The translations under genes and the position numbers were made by a program. The notes beneath the pieces are model-generated. The model was given only the letters and a program-made list of their open reading frames with translations, did no database searches and was not told the DNA's origin. A stretch of 64,000 bases of DNA from Gekko japonicus. Taxonomy: Eukaryota. The stretch is taken from the NCBI RefSeq assembly GCF_001447785.1, contig NW_015172561.1, positions 619,911 to 683,910 on the forward strand, in the 5' to 3' direction. This document shows, in pieces, positions 63,140-64,000 of this stretch. Position 1 is the first letter of the stretch; each line of letters starts with the position of its first letter.

Positions 63140-63355
63140 GAAAAAGAATTGGTCTTTATACCTCACTTTTCTGTACTCTAAGGAGTCTCAAAGTGGGTTA
63201 CAATTCCCTTCCTCTCCCCACAACAGGCACCTTGTGAGGTAGGTGGGACTGAGAGAGTTCTGAAAGAAATGTGACTAGCCCAAGGAGGAGCGGGGTATCA
63301 AATCAGGTTCAGATCAGAGTCTGCCACTCATTCCTCTTAACCACACCACACTGGT
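63140..63355 (-). mobile_element. Squam3-like SINE
   Basis: Inverse similarity to 18218-18462. Confidence 0.75.
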
Positions 63356-64000
63356 TACTTAAAATAAAAATGGGAGAAATTGTAACATGTAGTTGAAATC
63401 CCAGAGAACCAATCCTGTAGCATTATGGCCTATAAATCTCCTTGATCTGCTCCACCTACACTGCAAGTCTGGGTACATGCCTAGCCCTGGACTCACACTG
63501 CTCCACCACCAGTCTTTAGAGCCATGCCCAAGGGAAAAGTGACCAACAGGGACAGTGAAAACAGCACTCCCAGACTCACCACAACTGGCAGGGTCCCCAG
63601 AGGCCTGGACCAGTGATGCGTGTGATAGGATCACCTCACCAGGAGAAGCAGTCAGCCAGTGGGGGGTGGGGAGTGAACCAGCAGTATGTGTATGAGCAGG
63701 TCTGTAGGAAGCAGGCCCAACCCAGCTGGTGGGAATTTCCACTCCAACAGGCCTCCTGGATCAGCCAATGAAGGGCTAACAGGGAGTACAGGGAGAAAGG
63801 AGCTCACTAAACCTTGCTCTGACGGGCGCAGCTATCCAGCGAATGAGGGATTGGGAGAGGCTGGGGAAGAGGCAGGGGCTAACCCCAACCCATATAGAGC
63901 CAACTCCACAATAGGGAGGAATTAGAGGGTCTTTCTCTGAGGTCTGGGGAAAGACAGGCCCAGGGAAAAGCAACGAACAAGGTGGCACAACCCTCCCCCT

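Noticed and set aside
63690-64000. Possible start of another LTR
   Set aside because: Cut off by the window edge; the termini cannot be verified.

Overview
Eukaryotic vertebrate DNA, almost certainly a squamate reptile and probably a gecko. The basis is the presence of Sauria SINE, Squam2-like and Squam3-like SINEs, BovB, CR1, L2 and Penelope fragments. I found no convincing host protein-coding exon, tRNA gene or rRNA gene, so the window looks like a large intron or intergenic region. The ORF track is mostly chance ORFs plus transposon fragments. Recognisable coding relics are: L2 and CR1 reverse transcriptases; two Gypsy integrase regions (a minus-strand relic at ~13.4-15.5 kb split by MITEs, and a tandem pair of internally deleted elements at 53.1-56.0 kb); a Penelope GIY-YIG fragment; a decayed Tc1-like transposase; faint L1/Tx1 RT relics; and a probable gag zinc-knuckle relic. 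There are also many hAT-like and PIF/Harbinger-like MITEs, several solo LTRs, palindromes, local tandem duplications, a ~33-bp minisatellite and a 99-N assembly gap. I cannot support a genuinely new biological system from the sequence alone. The best leads are the mosaic tandem Gypsy pair, a CpG-rich TSD-flanked retroposon without a tRNA head, a putative cargo-carrying hAT element and degenerate Penelope hammerhead motifs. Family names come from motif recognition by eye, not from database searches.
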